From NCBI GenBank assembly GCA_018712565.1, contig DVGU01000030.1, positions 1 through 56,846 of the forward strand: 56,846 nucleotides of DNA. The letters are read 5' to 3'. Below are positions 17,776 to 28,150 of the stretch, in pieces. How positions within the stretch are numbered: the first letter of the stretch is position 1; every line of letters begins with the position of its first letter. The stretch comes from Candidatus Faecimonas gallistercoris. Its GTDB lineage: Bacteria > Bacillota_I > Bacilli_A > RF39 > UBA660. The notes beneath the pieces were generated by a model that worked only from the letters and a program-made list of their open reading frames with translations, was not told where the DNA came from and made no database searches. Both the position numbers and the translations under genes were made by a program.

Positions 17776-17940
17776 ATAGTTAAAAAATGTAACAGGAACA
17801 AATTATAATAAAAAAATTAAATTCAATTAACAAATACTAATCATATGTAAATAACATGAAATAAACGAATCAAAACACCTATAATTCTAAATAATTTTAT
17901 ATCTTAAAATGATATAATAAGAATAAATAATTAAAAGATA

Positions 17941-17971
17941 TTGACTCTCCCCTTAAGGGAAGTGATATATT
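17941..17971 (+). promoter_or_regulatory. MerR-type promoter (19-bp spacer with a central palindrome)
   Basis: TTGACT (17941-17946), 19-nt spacer containing the perfect palindrome CCCTTAAGGG (17950-17959), then TATATT (17966-17971). Confidence 0.6.
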
Positions 17972-17990
17972 GATAACGAAAGGAGAAATT

Positions 17991-19136
17991 ATGTATAAAA
18001 TAGGAGAATTCTCATATCTTTGTGAATGTACAATGAAAACATTAAGACACTATGATAAGATTGGTATTTTAATACCTAAAAAAACAGATGAATTTAATGG
18101 TTACAGATACTATAGTGAAGAACAATTAAATACCTATCATAATATAAAAATGCTACAAGATGCAGGATTCAGTTTAAAAGAAATCAAAAATATTCTCGAT
18201 AATCCTAAAGATAAAAATATATTAGAAGAAGTAAAAAAGTTAACGCAAGATTATCAAGAAAAACTAAAAAAACTTGAAAAGATTAAAAATAAACTAAGGG
18301 GGAATATTTCTATGGAATTAATTAAAAATCCTAAATTTGTTATGCTTGGTGAATATAAAGAATTAAAAACAAGAAATGATTTCAAAAAAGAATTAGAAAT
18401 AATTGATAAGAAAGTAAATAACAAAATGTTTTCTATATTACCTAGTGTTTTAATTTGTTTTGAAGTGGGATTCAAAGAAAATAATATTACATGCTTTATT
18501 GGTAGAGTATTAAATGATGATTTAAAGATTAATTATAATTTTATTAAAATGATGAAAACTATTGGGTTAGAAACAATAACTTACAACAAACCAGATTCTA
18601 TGTTATATACAAACAGTAATAATACTAAAGAATCTTATAAAGAAATGATTAAATATGCTAATAAGAATAAGATTCAAATAGCAGGAGAATTTATAGAAAT
18701 ATATGATGGTTCTAAAACTGATATATATATAGAAGCTTATGATTTGACCAAGGATAATGAAGACGCTAAACTACATATGAAAGAACTAAAAGAAAAGTTT
18801 AAATCTACTGATCCTATATATGATTCTAAATATATTGGTAAATGGATATTACAAGGACAAATAGTAGAACCTCTAAAAATATTTAATCCCAGGAAAGAGC
18901 ATTTTATGCCTGATACGAAGTTTAAAGAATTAATATTAAATTTCGATGGAACTACAAACTATGATAACGTTACTTGGAGAGATGGATATTTACTAATAGA
19001 AAAAAATAATATAATAATTGATAACTCTCTATACCAGGAATCCTCTAAAGACGGTACTCGGTACCTAGGAATTTTAATGAATAATGAAAATATAAATGCA
19101 AGACCATATCTATATTATTATAAAGAAGAAAAATAA
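17991..19136 (+). CDS. MerR-family transcriptional regulator with a GyrI-like effector domain and a C-terminal extension
   Basis: MYKIGEFSYLCECTMKTLRHYDKIGIL MerR HTH. ATG 17991 follows an AAAGGAG SD. Confidence 0.75.
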   Translation: MYKIGEFSYLCECTMKTLRHYDKIGILIPKKTDEFNGYRYYSEEQLNTYHNIKMLQDAGFSLKEIKNILDNPKDKNILEEVKKLTQDYQEKLKKLEKIKNKLRGNISMELIKNPKFVMLGEYKELKTRNDFKKELEIIDKKVNNKMFSILPSVLICFEVGFKENNITCFIGRVLNDDLKINYNFIKMMKTIGLETITYNKPDSMLYTNSNNTKESYKEMIKYANKNKIQIAGEFIEIYDGSKTDIYIEAYDLTKDNEDAKLHMKELKEKFKSTDPIYDSKYIGKWILQGQIVEPLKIFNPRKEHFMPDTKFKELILNFDGTTNYDNVTWRDGYLLIEKNNIIIDNSLYQESSKDGTRYLGILMNNENINARPYLYYYKEEK

Positions 19137-19259
19137 TATAAACATGATAATCTTTTTCTAATATCTGAAAAAACTAAACTATTTTTCATCAGCGGTAGTA
19201 TTAACTAAACTTTTAATAATTATATCAACCATTTTACACTATCCGATTGCCATGCTAGT

Positions 19260-19288
19260 TTGACATAGTTGCCTGTTAATGTTAAAAT
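19260..19288 (+). promoter_or_regulatory. consensus-like sigma-A promoter for the acyltransferase gene
   Basis: TTGACA, 17-nt spacer, TAAAAT. Confidence 0.5.
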
Positions 19289-19315
19289 AATCCAAAAAAG
19301 TGTTGAGGGAAAATT

Positions 19316-20347
19316 ATGACAAAGAGAGAAAACGTAGTATCTTTTATTAAAGATATAAAAAATGATACAAGCCATACATTAGATTATTTATTAAATGATG
19401 AAGTAGAAAAGACTTTATCAAAAAAAGGAATAAAAGTAAGAAAGGTTTTAGCACCAATATTAAGACTCGGCTATGGATTGACAACAGATTATAAGTTGAA
19501 AGTAGACTCTAGAGAAAAATTAACGCATTCAAAAAAAGGAAAAATATTTTTAGTAAATCATAGGCAAGGAGATGATATGGTTTTAAGTGCAAAAGCTATT
19601 GCCAAAAGTGGATATTTTGTATTTGGTAATAAAACTCTTGCTTTAGAATCATTATCTAATGGATATGGCTTATGGGGATATGGAATGATTTTATTAGATA
19701 GAAATAATGATAAAAGCAGAAAAGCCTGTTATGAAAAAATGAAATATGTACTTGAACATGGTGGAAATATTATTGTATTTTCAGAAGGATATTGGAATTT
19801 AGATGATAATGGCCAAAAAGATGAAAGAAATGCAGCGGATGATCATAATTCAGAAAACTGGTTAATTCAGGATATTAATATAGGAGCAATTCGTTTAGCA
19901 AAAGAAATAGGAAGTGAAATAGTACCTACAGTTCTTCATTACGATGAAATAGGAAAGAAAAAGTGTTATGCAAAACGAGGAAAACCAATAAAAGTTGAAA
20001 AAAATGATGATATATTCGTAAAAAAATATCAAATACTAGAAACAATGACGACTATGTATTGGGATTTAATGTCAAAATATTCTTCATATTGCAGAAAAGA
20101 GCTAGAAGAAGATGGCGTTACTTTAAAGGAACAATGGGAAATTTTAAAGAAACAATTAGTAGCTTTTTGTGATATTGATAAAGTAAATTACAAATTAGAC
20201 TTACAAAATGAAAAACTAATAGGAAAAGCTAAAGTAGTAAATGGAGTAACAACAAATGAAGAGGCCTTTTCTCATTTAAATAATTTGATTCCAAATAAGT
20301 CCAATGCCTTTCTACTGTCTAAGCAAAGAACTGGCATAAGAAAATAA
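19316..20347 (+). CDS. PlsC-like lysophospholipid/glycerolipid acyltransferase family protein
   Basis: NHRQGDD (HX4D) and FSEGYW (xEG) acyltransferase motifs. Confidence 0.55.
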   Translation: MTKRENVVSFIKDIKNDTSHTLDYLLNDEVEKTLSKKGIKVRKVLAPILRLGYGLTTDYKLKVDSREKLTHSKKGKIFLVNHRQGDDMVLSAKAIAKSGYFVFGNKTLALESLSNGYGLWGYGMILLDRNNDKSRKACYEKMKYVLEHGGNIIVFSEGYWNLDDNGQKDERNAADDHNSENWLIQDINIGAIRLAKEIGSEIVPTVLHYDEIGKKKCYAKRGKPIKVEKNDDIFVKKYQILETMTTMYWDLMSKYSSYCRKELEEDGVTLKEQWEILKKQLVAFCDIDKVNYKLDLQNEKLIGKAKVVNGVTTNEEAFSHLNNLIPNKSNAFLLSKQRTGIRK

Positions 20348-20413
20348 AAGATATTTAAAAGTTCCATCAAGGGAACTTTTTTTGTTATACTATATTATAT
20401 AGTAGGTGATAAT

Positions 20414-22396
20414 ATGAGTAATTTATATATACCATTTTGCAGTTTTATTTTAGGACTATTTTTAATAATATTATTTTTAATAAAAGTAAAAAAAGTTCAA
20501 AGCAATGAAAATAAATACTATTTCATTATGATTTTAGATACCTTCATGTCTACTATTTTTTGTATTATAGCTATTTTTTTAATATATCGTAATCACTCAG
20601 ACTCAATTATTGTAAGTATTACTAATAAGCTAGAATGTTTTACAATAACGAATTTTGCTATAAGTCTGTTAATGTATGTTTATACTTTTTGTTATAATGA
20701 TAAAAAATACCAGCAATCTTATAGAGTTATAAATATTCTCATATTGTTATTAATACTTATTATGCCAATTTCTTTAGATATTAATCATAAATCAAATTAT
20801 ATGGTTGTTACCGGTATCCCAGTGACTTTTACAAATGTTATAGCTTTTATTTACCTTTTAATTACAACTATATTGTCTATTAAAGAAAGAAAAAAGCTAA
20901 AAGAAAAATTAATATCTGTAACCTGTATAATTATCTTTTTAGGATTAATTGCAGTAATAAGAAGAATTATACCACAATTTACTTGTGTTGAATTTTTATT
21001 AACAATATCAGTACTAATTATGTACCATACAATAGAAAATCCAGATGTAAAAATGATTACACAGCTAGAACTAGCAAAAGACCAGGCAGAAAGAGCAAAT
21101 CGTGCCAAATCAGACTTCTTATCTAGTATGTCACATGAAATACGTACACCATTAAATGCAATTGTAGGATTATCAGAGGATAACTTAACCTATAAAGACC
21201 ATTTGCCAAAAGAAGTTGTAGAAAACTCAAAAGATATAATGAATGCAAGTGAGACCTTACTAGAAATTGTTGGTAATATTTTAGATATTAATAAAATCGA
21301 AGCAAACAAACTGGAAATGGTTGAAGCGACATATAATTTTAGAGAAGAAATCACAAATCTATGTAAAATTACAAAAACACGAATTGGAGAAAAAAATATA
21401 ATATTTAATTTAAGTATTGCAGACGATATTCCTTATGAAGTAATAGGAGACAAATCTAAAGTAAAAGAAATAATTAATAATATACTTACGAATGCAATTA
21501 AATACACAGAAAAAGGAGAAATTAATTTAAATATAAGATGTATTAATAATACAAATAAGAATATTTCTAATATTATTATCAGCTGTCAAGATACTGGAAG
21601 AGGAATTAAGGCAGAAAATATTAATAAACTATTTACAAAATTTGAAAGGTTAGATGTAGAGAAGAATACGACAACAGAAGGAACAGGGTTAGGTTTAGCA
21701 ATCACAAAGGCCTTAGTAGAAATGATGTCTGGTAAGATAAATGTTCAATCACAATATGGGAAAGGTTCCATTTTTATAATAACTATTCCTCAAAAAATTA
21801 GCAGATTAACATCACCGATAACAGAAGAAAAATTAATGGATACAGCTACAAGATTGCGTATACAAAATATTTCTTATCAAAATAAAAAAGTATTAATAGT
21901 AGATGATAATAAATTAAATATTAAGGTAGCAAAAAAAGCATTGCAAGACTTAAATCTTGATATAGATGAATGCTATGACGGGTTACAATGTTTAGAAAAA
22001 GTAAAAGAAAATAAGTATGATATAATATTAATGGATATAATGATGCCAAACATGAATGGAGAAACTACATTACAAGAATTAAAAAAGAATCCAAACTTTG
22101 ATATTCCAGCGATTGCTTTAACCGCAGATGCAGTAGCAGGTGCAAAAGAAAAATATATGAAAGAAGGTTTTATAGATTATATAGCGAAACCATTTAATAG
22201 AGAGCAAATAAAAGAGAAATTGGATAAAATTTTTGCGGATAAGGGAAGTAAGGAAAGAATAGAGATATTAAATGAAGATAATAATGAGTCCCCTAAATAC
22301 AATCCTAATATAGATAGATTTAAAGGTACTGAAGCATATGTATTTGGAAATATGAACATGGATGAAGAAATAGAGAATAAGGATGAAACTTCCTAA
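20414..22396 (+). CDS. hybrid sensor histidine kinase/response regulator (multi-TM sensor, HisKA, HATPase, REC)
   Basis: [12 protein letters not shown]-box, [11 protein letters not shown]-box, C-terminal receiver VLIVDDN...[12 protein letters not shown]...KPF. Confidence 0.9.
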   Translation: MSNLYIPFCSFILGLFLIILFLIKVKKVQSNENKYYFIMILDTFMSTIFCIIAIFLIYRNHSDSIIVSITNKLECFTITNFAISLLMYVYTFCYNDKKYQQSYRVINILILLLILIMPISLDINHKSNYMVVTGIPVTFTNVIAFIYLLITTILSIKERKKLKEKLISVTCIIIFLGLIAVIRRIIPQFTCVEFLLTISVLIMYHTIENPDVKMITQLELAKDQAERANRAKSDFLSSMSHEIRTPLNAIVGLSEDNLTYKDHLPKEVVENSKDIMNASETLLEIVGNILDINKIEANKLEMVEATYNFREEITNLCKITKTRIGEKNIIFNLSIADDIPYEVIGDKSKVKEIINNILTNAIKYTEKGEINLNIRCINNTNKNISNIIISCQDTGRGIKAENINKLFTKFERLDVEKNTTTEGTGLGLAITKALVEMMSGKINVQSQYGKGSIFIITIPQKISRLTSPITEEKLMDTATRLRIQNISYQNKKVLIVDDNKLNIKVAKKALQDLNLDIDECYDGLQCLEKVKENKYDIILMDIMMPNMNGETTLQELKKNPNFDIPAIALTADAVAGAKEKYMKEGFIDYIAKPFNREQIKEKLDKIFADKGSKERIEILNEDNNESPKYNPNIDRFKGTEAYVFGNMNMDEEIENKDETS

Positions 22397-22461
22397 TATT
22401 ATGATATAATTGTATAAAAGATTATAAACATTAACCTAGTATTGGAAAGGAAAAGTAGTAG

Positions 22462-23058
22462 ATGAGAAATAAAGAAGTAATAGCTGATATTAGAAAACTA
22501 ACAAGACAAGAACAAAGAGAAATGCCTTATGAAGATTTTGTAAAAATGTTAGAAAACTTATCACCAGAGGAAATAATGGAAGTAAGTAAAGTCTATGGTT
22601 ATCCAGTGTTTATAAGAAAGTGCATGGGAACATTACAACATAAAATTCCAATTTTACAAGATGGAGCAGCAGCAATTATTGAAAATGATAAAGGAGAAAT
22701 ACTATTACAAAGCAGAAAAGATAATGATAAATGGGGATTACCCGGAGGCTGTCAAGAAGCAGGAGAAAGGTTTCAAGAAGTAGTAATTAGAGAAATAAAA
22801 GAAGAAACGAATCTAGATGTAAGAGAAGAAAATTTAGAATTATTAGATATTGTCTCAGGCCTTTCTAGAAAAAATGAGTACTCTAATGGAGATGTTGTAA
22901 TAAATAATACCGCATTATATTTGATTAGAAAGTATTCGGGAGATTTAATCTGGGATGAAGAATCAAAAGATATGAAGTTTTTTTCATTAGATAACCTACC
23001 AAAAAATCAAAACGATCCAGATTTAATAAAAGTATATATAAATAAAAAAAGAAAATAA
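22462..23058 (+). CDS. NUDIX hydrolase
   Basis: GLPGGCQEAGERFQEVVIREIKEETN Nudix box. Confidence 0.8.
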   Translation: MRNKEVIADIRKLTRQEQREMPYEDFVKMLENLSPEEIMEVSKVYGYPVFIRKCMGTLQHKIPILQDGAAAIIENDKGEILLQSRKDNDKWGLPGGCQEAGERFQEVVIREIKEETNLDVREENLELLDIVSGLSRKNEYSNGDVVINNTALYLIRKYSGDLIWDEESKDMKFFSLDNLPKNQNDPDLIKVYINKKRK

Positions 23059-23156
23059 TATAAATGTAAAGTTACACTAAAAAGTGTAATTTTTTAATTC
23101 TAAAACGATTTAATTTATACTTAAGTGATATACTAAAAAAGAAAGGTAGGGAAAAA

Positions 23157-24212
23157 ATGAAAGGATTAAAAATATTTCAATATGGTTGTGGAAAAATGAG
23201 TGTTTACACCATGCGTTACGTAATAGAAAATGGTGGAACAATCATAGGAGCTGTGGATAATAATCCAGCAGTAATAGGAAAAGATATTGGAGAAATCATG
23301 GGAACAGATAAAGTAGGAGTAGTTGTAGAAAATGCAGCAAAGTCAGAAGAACTACTAAATAGTTTAAAACCAGACTGTGTCATTGTAACAACAATGAGTC
23401 TACTTGTAGACCTTGAAGAGGCATTAATGACTTGCGCAAAATGTGGAGTTAATGCAATTACTACTTGTGAAGAGGCATTCTTCCCAATGAATTCTAATCC
23501 AACATTAACTAGTAAAATCGATAAACTTGCTAAGGAAAATAACTGTACTATTACTGGTAGTGGATATCAAGATGCGTTCTGGGGAAATTTAATTACTACT
23601 TTAGTAGGAGCAAGTCATAATATTACAAAGATTAAAGGTAGTTCTTCTTATAATGTTGAAGATTATGGAATTGCTTTAGCAAAAGCACATGGAGCAGGAC
23701 TAACAAAAGAAGAGTTTGAACGTGATGTAGCAAGTGTAGATGAAATTTCTGATGAAGAAAGACAAAAAGTAATTGAAAGTGGTGCTTATGCTCCATCATA
23801 TATGTGGAATGTGAATGGATGGCTTTGCGATAAACTAGGTTTAACTGTGGTAAGTCAAAGACAAAAATGTGTACCACAATTTAATGATTATGATATTGAA
23901 TCTAGTACCTTAGGTATGACCGTAAAAGCAGGTATGGCAACAGGTATGAGTGCTGTTGTTACTACTGAAACAAAAGAAGGTATTACCCTAGAAACAGAAT
24001 GTATTGGAAAAGTATATAATAAAGATGAATTCGATAGAAATGAATGGACTATTTATGGTGAACCAAATACAACAATGGTAATTGATAAACCAAATACAGT
24101 AGAACTTACTTGTGCAACTGTTGTAAACAGAATTCCTGATGTTATTGCAGCAGAAGCAGGTTTTGTACCAACATCACGCATGGGAGAATTAAAATATATT
24201 GAAAAAGCCTAA
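23157..24212 (+). CDS. NAD(P)-binding oxidoreductase, DapB-N-like (amine dehydrogenase/diaminopentanoate dehydrogenase-like)
   Basis: N-terminal Rossmann-like IFQYGCGKMS...GAVD. The overall resemblance is from memory only. Confidence 0.4.
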   Translation: MKGLKIFQYGCGKMSVYTMRYVIENGGTIIGAVDNNPAVIGKDIGEIMGTDKVGVVVENAAKSEELLNSLKPDCVIVTTMSLLVDLEEALMTCAKCGVNAITTCEEAFFPMNSNPTLTSKIDKLAKENNCTITGSGYQDAFWGNLITTLVGASHNITKIKGSSSYNVEDYGIALAKAHGAGLTKEEFERDVASVDEISDEERQKVIESGAYAPSYMWNVNGWLCDKLGLTVVSQRQKCVPQFNDYDIESSTLGMTVKAGMATGMSAVVTTETKEGITLETECIGKVYNKDEFDRNEWTIYGEPNTTMVIDKPNTVELTCATVVNRIPDVIAAEAGFVPTSRMGELKYIEKA

Positions 24213-24216
24213 AACA

Positions 24217-24246
24217 AAAAACTATTGAAAAAAATCAATAGTTTTT
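24217..24246 (+). terminator. intrinsic terminator
   Basis: AAAAACTATTGA / TCAATAGTTTTT stem. Confidence 0.65.
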
Positions 24247-24493
24247 AAAATTTAAATAAAGATAATTATAAATTATAAAAAACAAGGAGCCTAACTCGGC
24301 TCCTTTATCTATTTACAGAGGATCTTCACACTTAATAGTGAACCTTCCTCACTAATAATATATGTAAAATGTAAATAATATATACAAAATTATTAAAAAA
24401 GTTTGAGAAATTATAAAAAATATGTTACCTTATCATTGATTTAAGAAAAGAATAGAAACTGAAATTTAGAACAAACTAAAAAGGAGAAGAGAA

Positions 24494-25592
24494 ATGGAAT
24501 TAAAAGAAATAAAAGAAAGATTAACACACAATAAAGAAAAACTAGAAGAATTATGGAGGTCACTTTGACATCGATTCAATAAAACAAAAAGTAAAAGAAC
24601 TAGAAGAAGAAACAAAAGGAGTAAACTTCTGGAATGATAGAGAAAATGCAGAAAAAATAATTAAAGAATTAAACGAAGAAAAAACAACAGTAGATAAAGT
24701 AGACCAATTATTAACAAAAGTAAAAGATGATTTAGAATTAGTAGAACTTCTAGAAATAGAAAAAGATGAAGAATCAGTACAAGAGTTAGAACAAGAAACT
24801 GTATTATTAGAACAAAAAACAGAAGAATTAAGTTTACTTTTATTATTGAATGGACCATATGATAAGAATAACTGTATTTTAGAAATTCACCCAGGAGCAG
24901 GAGGTACAGAGTCATGTGACTGGGCACAAATGCTTTACAGAATGTATACAAGATGGTGTGAAAAGAAGAAATATAAAGTAGAAGTATTGGACTATCAAGA
25001 TGGAGAAGAAGCTGGGATTAAAAGCGTAGTTATAAGAATAAAAGGAAAAGATGCTTATGGGTATTTAAAAAATGAAAAAGGCATACATCGTTTAGTAAGA
25101 CTTTCACCATTTGATTCTAATAACAGACGCCATACTTCATTTGCATCTGTAGAAGTAACTCCAGAAATAGATCAAGATAATAGTATAGAAATAGATGAGA
25201 AAGATTTAAAAATTGATGTCTATCGATCCACTGGTGCTGGAGGACAAGGAGTAAATACAACAGATTCAGCAGTAAGAATTACCCATTTACCAACTAAGAT
25301 TGTAGTAACGTGTCAAAATGAAAGAAGTCAAATACAAAATAAAGAACAAGCTTTAAAAGTATTAAAAAATAAACTTCTAATGAAAAAATTAGAAGAACAA
25401 GAGAATGAATTAAATGCAATTAAAGGAGATCAAGCAAATATTAATTTTGGATCTCAAATCAGAAGTTATGTCCTACACCCTTATTCCATGGTAAAAGATC
25501 ATAGAACAAATATGGAGACAAGTAATGTAGGAAAAGTATTAGACGGTGATATTGATATGTTTATAGAAGCAAATCTCAAAAACAAATCATAA
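24494..25592 (+). CDS. prfB: peptide chain release factor 2, with programmed +1 frameshift at CTT TGA C (24563-24569)
   Basis: MELKEIKERLTHNKEKLEELWRSL, then an in-frame TGA at 24566. Internal SD GGAGG (24555-24559) lies 3 nt before CTT. The +1 frame continues DIDSIKQK... into the listed ORF, which carries the SPF and GGQ motifs. Confidence 0.95.
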
Positions 25593-25613
25593 GAATAAAA
25601 GGTGAGTGTACAA

Positions 25614-26495
25614 ATGAAACTATTTTCCAAAAGTCAAGATTTTAAAATACTAGATCAAATTTACTCAAAATCTAGTATAAAAAGACATATTCAATTTATA
25701 ATTGGATGTCTATTGATTGCTATCTCCTACAATCTATTTTTAGTTCCAAATAATATTGTAGCTGGAGGCGTCGGAGGTCTAGCAATTATTGTTAATTATT
25801 TAATTAATATAGATAATTCAATATTTATTTTTATAGTGGATGTACTATTACTAATTTTAAGTTATTTTTTATTAGGAACGAAAAAAACAAAAGCAACCAT
25901 CCTAGGATCAATATTATTTCCAATTTTTGTAAATTTAACAAGCAATATAGGAACAATAATAGAAATTGATACCAATCAACTTCTATTAATATCTGTTTTT
26001 GGAGGAGTAGTGTACGGCTTCGGTGCGGGAATGATTTATAAAGCTGGATTCACAACAGGAGGAACAGACATAATCAATCAGATTCTTTCTAAATATTTAA
26101 AAATAAGTATAGGAAATAGTATGTTATATTGCGATGGGACAATCGTATTATTAACAGCATTTATCTTTGGACCAACTCATTTTATGTATTCTATTATAGT
26201 TTTATATGTAATTAGTTATATGTCGGATAGAGTAATTCTAGGAGTGTCTGATAGTAAAGCATTCTACATCGTAACAGAAGAAGAAAAAAAGATAAAAGAA
26301 TATATATTAAAATACTTAAATCATGGAGTTACAGTCTTTAATGCCAAAGGAGGGTATGCAAAAGAAAAAGAAAATGTATTAATGTGCGTTCTTCCTACAA
26401 AAGATTATTATAGGTTAAAAGAAGGAATTCATGAGATTGATGCCAATGCATTCTTTGTAGTAACAGATGCTTATGAAGTATTTGGAGGTGAATAA
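25614..26495 (+). CDS. YitT-family membrane protein (DUF2179 C-terminal domain)
   Basis: Polytopic N-terminus and C-terminal FFVVTDAYEVFGG. ATG 25614 follows an AAAGGTGAG SD. Confidence 0.75.
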   Translation: MKLFSKSQDFKILDQIYSKSSIKRHIQFIIGCLLIAISYNLFLVPNNIVAGGVGGLAIIVNYLINIDNSIFIFIVDVLLLILSYFLLGTKKTKATILGSILFPIFVNLTSNIGTIIEIDTNQLLLISVFGGVVYGFGAGMIYKAGFTTGGTDIINQILSKYLKISIGNSMLYCDGTIVLLTAFIFGPTHFMYSIIVLYVISYMSDRVILGVSDSKAFYIVTEEEKKIKEYILKYLNHGVTVFNAKGGYAKEKENVLMCVLPTKDYYRLKEGIHEIDANAFFVVTDAYEVFGGE

Positions 26496-27364
26496 TGGAT
26501 ACTTTTTTTGAAAATATGATAAATCACATAAAAAAAAGAAATATTATAAAACGCTTATTCACCTTATTATTATCATTATTAGTTTTATCTTTTGTATTTA
26601 ATTTACTATTGTTACCAACAGACCTAATATCTGGAGGAGTAAATGGAATAGCAGTTATTACAAACTATGTTTATGGCATAGACCCATCTATTATGATTTT
26701 TTTAATCTCTCTTGCTTGCTTATTTTTTAGTTTAATGTATTTAGGAAAAGAAAGAACTGCAGGTAGTATATTAGCTACTTTTATTTATCCACTATTTGTA
26801 AAAATAACTGCAATAATTACTCAAAATATCAATATAGATTATGATGACAAGTTTTTAATTATTATTTTTGCTGGAGTAATAGGAGGCCTAGCTAATGGTT
26901 TTATTTATAAAACTGGGTTCAGTAATGGTGGCTTACCAATAATAAGTCAAATACTATATAAATATCATAAAATATCAATTGCTAAGTCGAGCATGATAAT
27001 AAACTCAATAATAATAATTATAGGAAGTATCTTTTTCGGTTGGACAACAATGATGTATGCAATTATCTTATTATCAATAAATAATATGATGATAGATAAA
27101 GTATTATTAGGTATATCAAGTAATAAGGCATTTTATATAGTAACAACAAAAGCCAAAGAGGTAAATGACTATATCTTAAATAATTTAAAACATACAGTGA
27201 CTATATTTAATGTAAAAGGAGCTTTTTTAGAGAAAAAAAGGAAAATTCTATTTTCTGTAATTCCTAAACGAGATTATTATAAATTAACAGAAGGAATTAA
27301 ATTAATTGATCCAGAAGTATTTTTTGTTGTAGAAGATGCTTATGAAGTAAAAGGCGGTAAATAG
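26495..27364 (+). CDS. YitT-family membrane protein, tandem paralogue
   Basis: Same architecture (FFVVEDAYEVKGG). TAATG overlap with the upstream paralogue. Confidence 0.75.
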   Translation: MDTFFENMINHIKKRNIIKRLFTLLLSLLVLSFVFNLLLLPTDLISGGVNGIAVITNYVYGIDPSIMIFLISLACLFFSLMYLGKERTAGSILATFIYPLFVKITAIITQNINIDYDDKFLIIIFAGVIGGLANGFIYKTGFSNGGLPIISQILYKYHKISIAKSSMIINSIIIIIGSIFFGWTTMMYAIILLSINNMMIDKVLLGISSNKAFYIVTTKAKEVNDYILNNLKHTVTIFNVKGAFLEKKRKILFSVIPKRDYYKLTEGIKLIDPEVFFVVEDAYEVKGGK

Positions 27365-27373
27365 TGTCTAATC

Positions 27374-27401
27374 AGAGGAGATTTCACAAAACTCCTCTTT
27401 T
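27374..27401 (+). terminator. intrinsic terminator after the YitT pair
   Basis: AGAGGAG / CTCCTCT stem, followed by a T-run. Confidence 0.6.
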
Positions 27402-27451
27402 GTTATGTCGAAATATGTGGTATAATTAAATATACTAGAGTGGAGGTAAAT

Positions 27452-28150
27452 ATGGACTTAATCAGGCTTAAAAATGTAGAAAAAAAATACAAAAACGGCG
27501 TTACAGCAATCTATGATTTAAATCTTGCTATTGGAAAAGGTTCTTTTACTTTCGTAATTGGAGGCTCAGGTAGTGGTAAAAGTACTCTAATAAAAATGTT
27601 ATATCGTGAAGAAAAGCCAACAAAAGGACAAATTATTGTTGGAGGCTTAGATGTAGCTAAACTAAGAAATACAAAAGTATACAAACTTAGAAGAAAACTA
27701 GGGATTGTTTTTCAAGATTATAGACTATTACCAAAACTAACAGTTTATGAAAATGTTGCATTTGCCATGGAAGTGATTGGTGCAAGTAAAGAAGTAACTA
27801 GAAAGAATGTATTAAAAGCATTAGAAGAAGTAGGCTTAAAAAATAAAGTACATAATTATCCAGATCAATTATCAGGAGGAGAACAACAACGTGTAGCAAT
27901 CGCAAGAGCAATAGTAAACAATCCAAAACTTCTATTATGTGACGAGCCTACAGGAAATCTAGATCCAGAAAGAAGTATGGAAATTATGAAAGTATTAGAT
28001 AACATAAATAAAACAAGAGGAACTACGATTATTATGGCAACGCATGATAAAGAAATTGTTAATAAAATGAAAAAACAAGTTGTAACATTAAAAGATGGAC
28101 ATTTGGTTAACTTTAAGCAGAAAGGAACTTACGTAGATGAAAATATTTAG
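27452..28150 (+). CDS. ftsE: cell-division ABC transporter ATP-binding protein FtsE
   Basis: GGSGSGKST Walker A, LSGGEQQR signature, LLLCDEPTGNLD. ATG 27452 follows a GGAGG SD. Confidence 0.9.
   Translation: MDLIRLKNVEKKYKNGVTAIYDLNLAIGKGSFTFVIGGSGSGKSTLIKMLYREEKPTKGQIIVGGLDVAKLRNTKVYKLRRKLGIVFQDYRLLPKLTVYENVAFAMEVIGASKEVTRKNVLKALEEVGLKNKVHNYPDQLSGGEQQRVAIARAIVNNPKLLLCDEPTGNLDPERSMEIMKVLDNINKTRGTTIIMATHDKEIVNKMKKQVVTLKDGHLVNFKQKGTYVDENI

Noticed and set aside
24661-24951. 96-aa minus-strand ORF upstream of the listed prfB ORF
   Set aside because: It is antisense to the N-terminal part of prfB once the +1 frameshift is taken into account. The Leu/Phe-rich product mirrors the Lys/Glu-rich sense strand.
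27406-27412. Single TGTCGAA (0A box) in the ftsE promoter region
   Set aside because: An isolated 7-mer is expected by chance in this much sequence, and it lacks the tandem arrangement seen at 7882-7898. Noted only.
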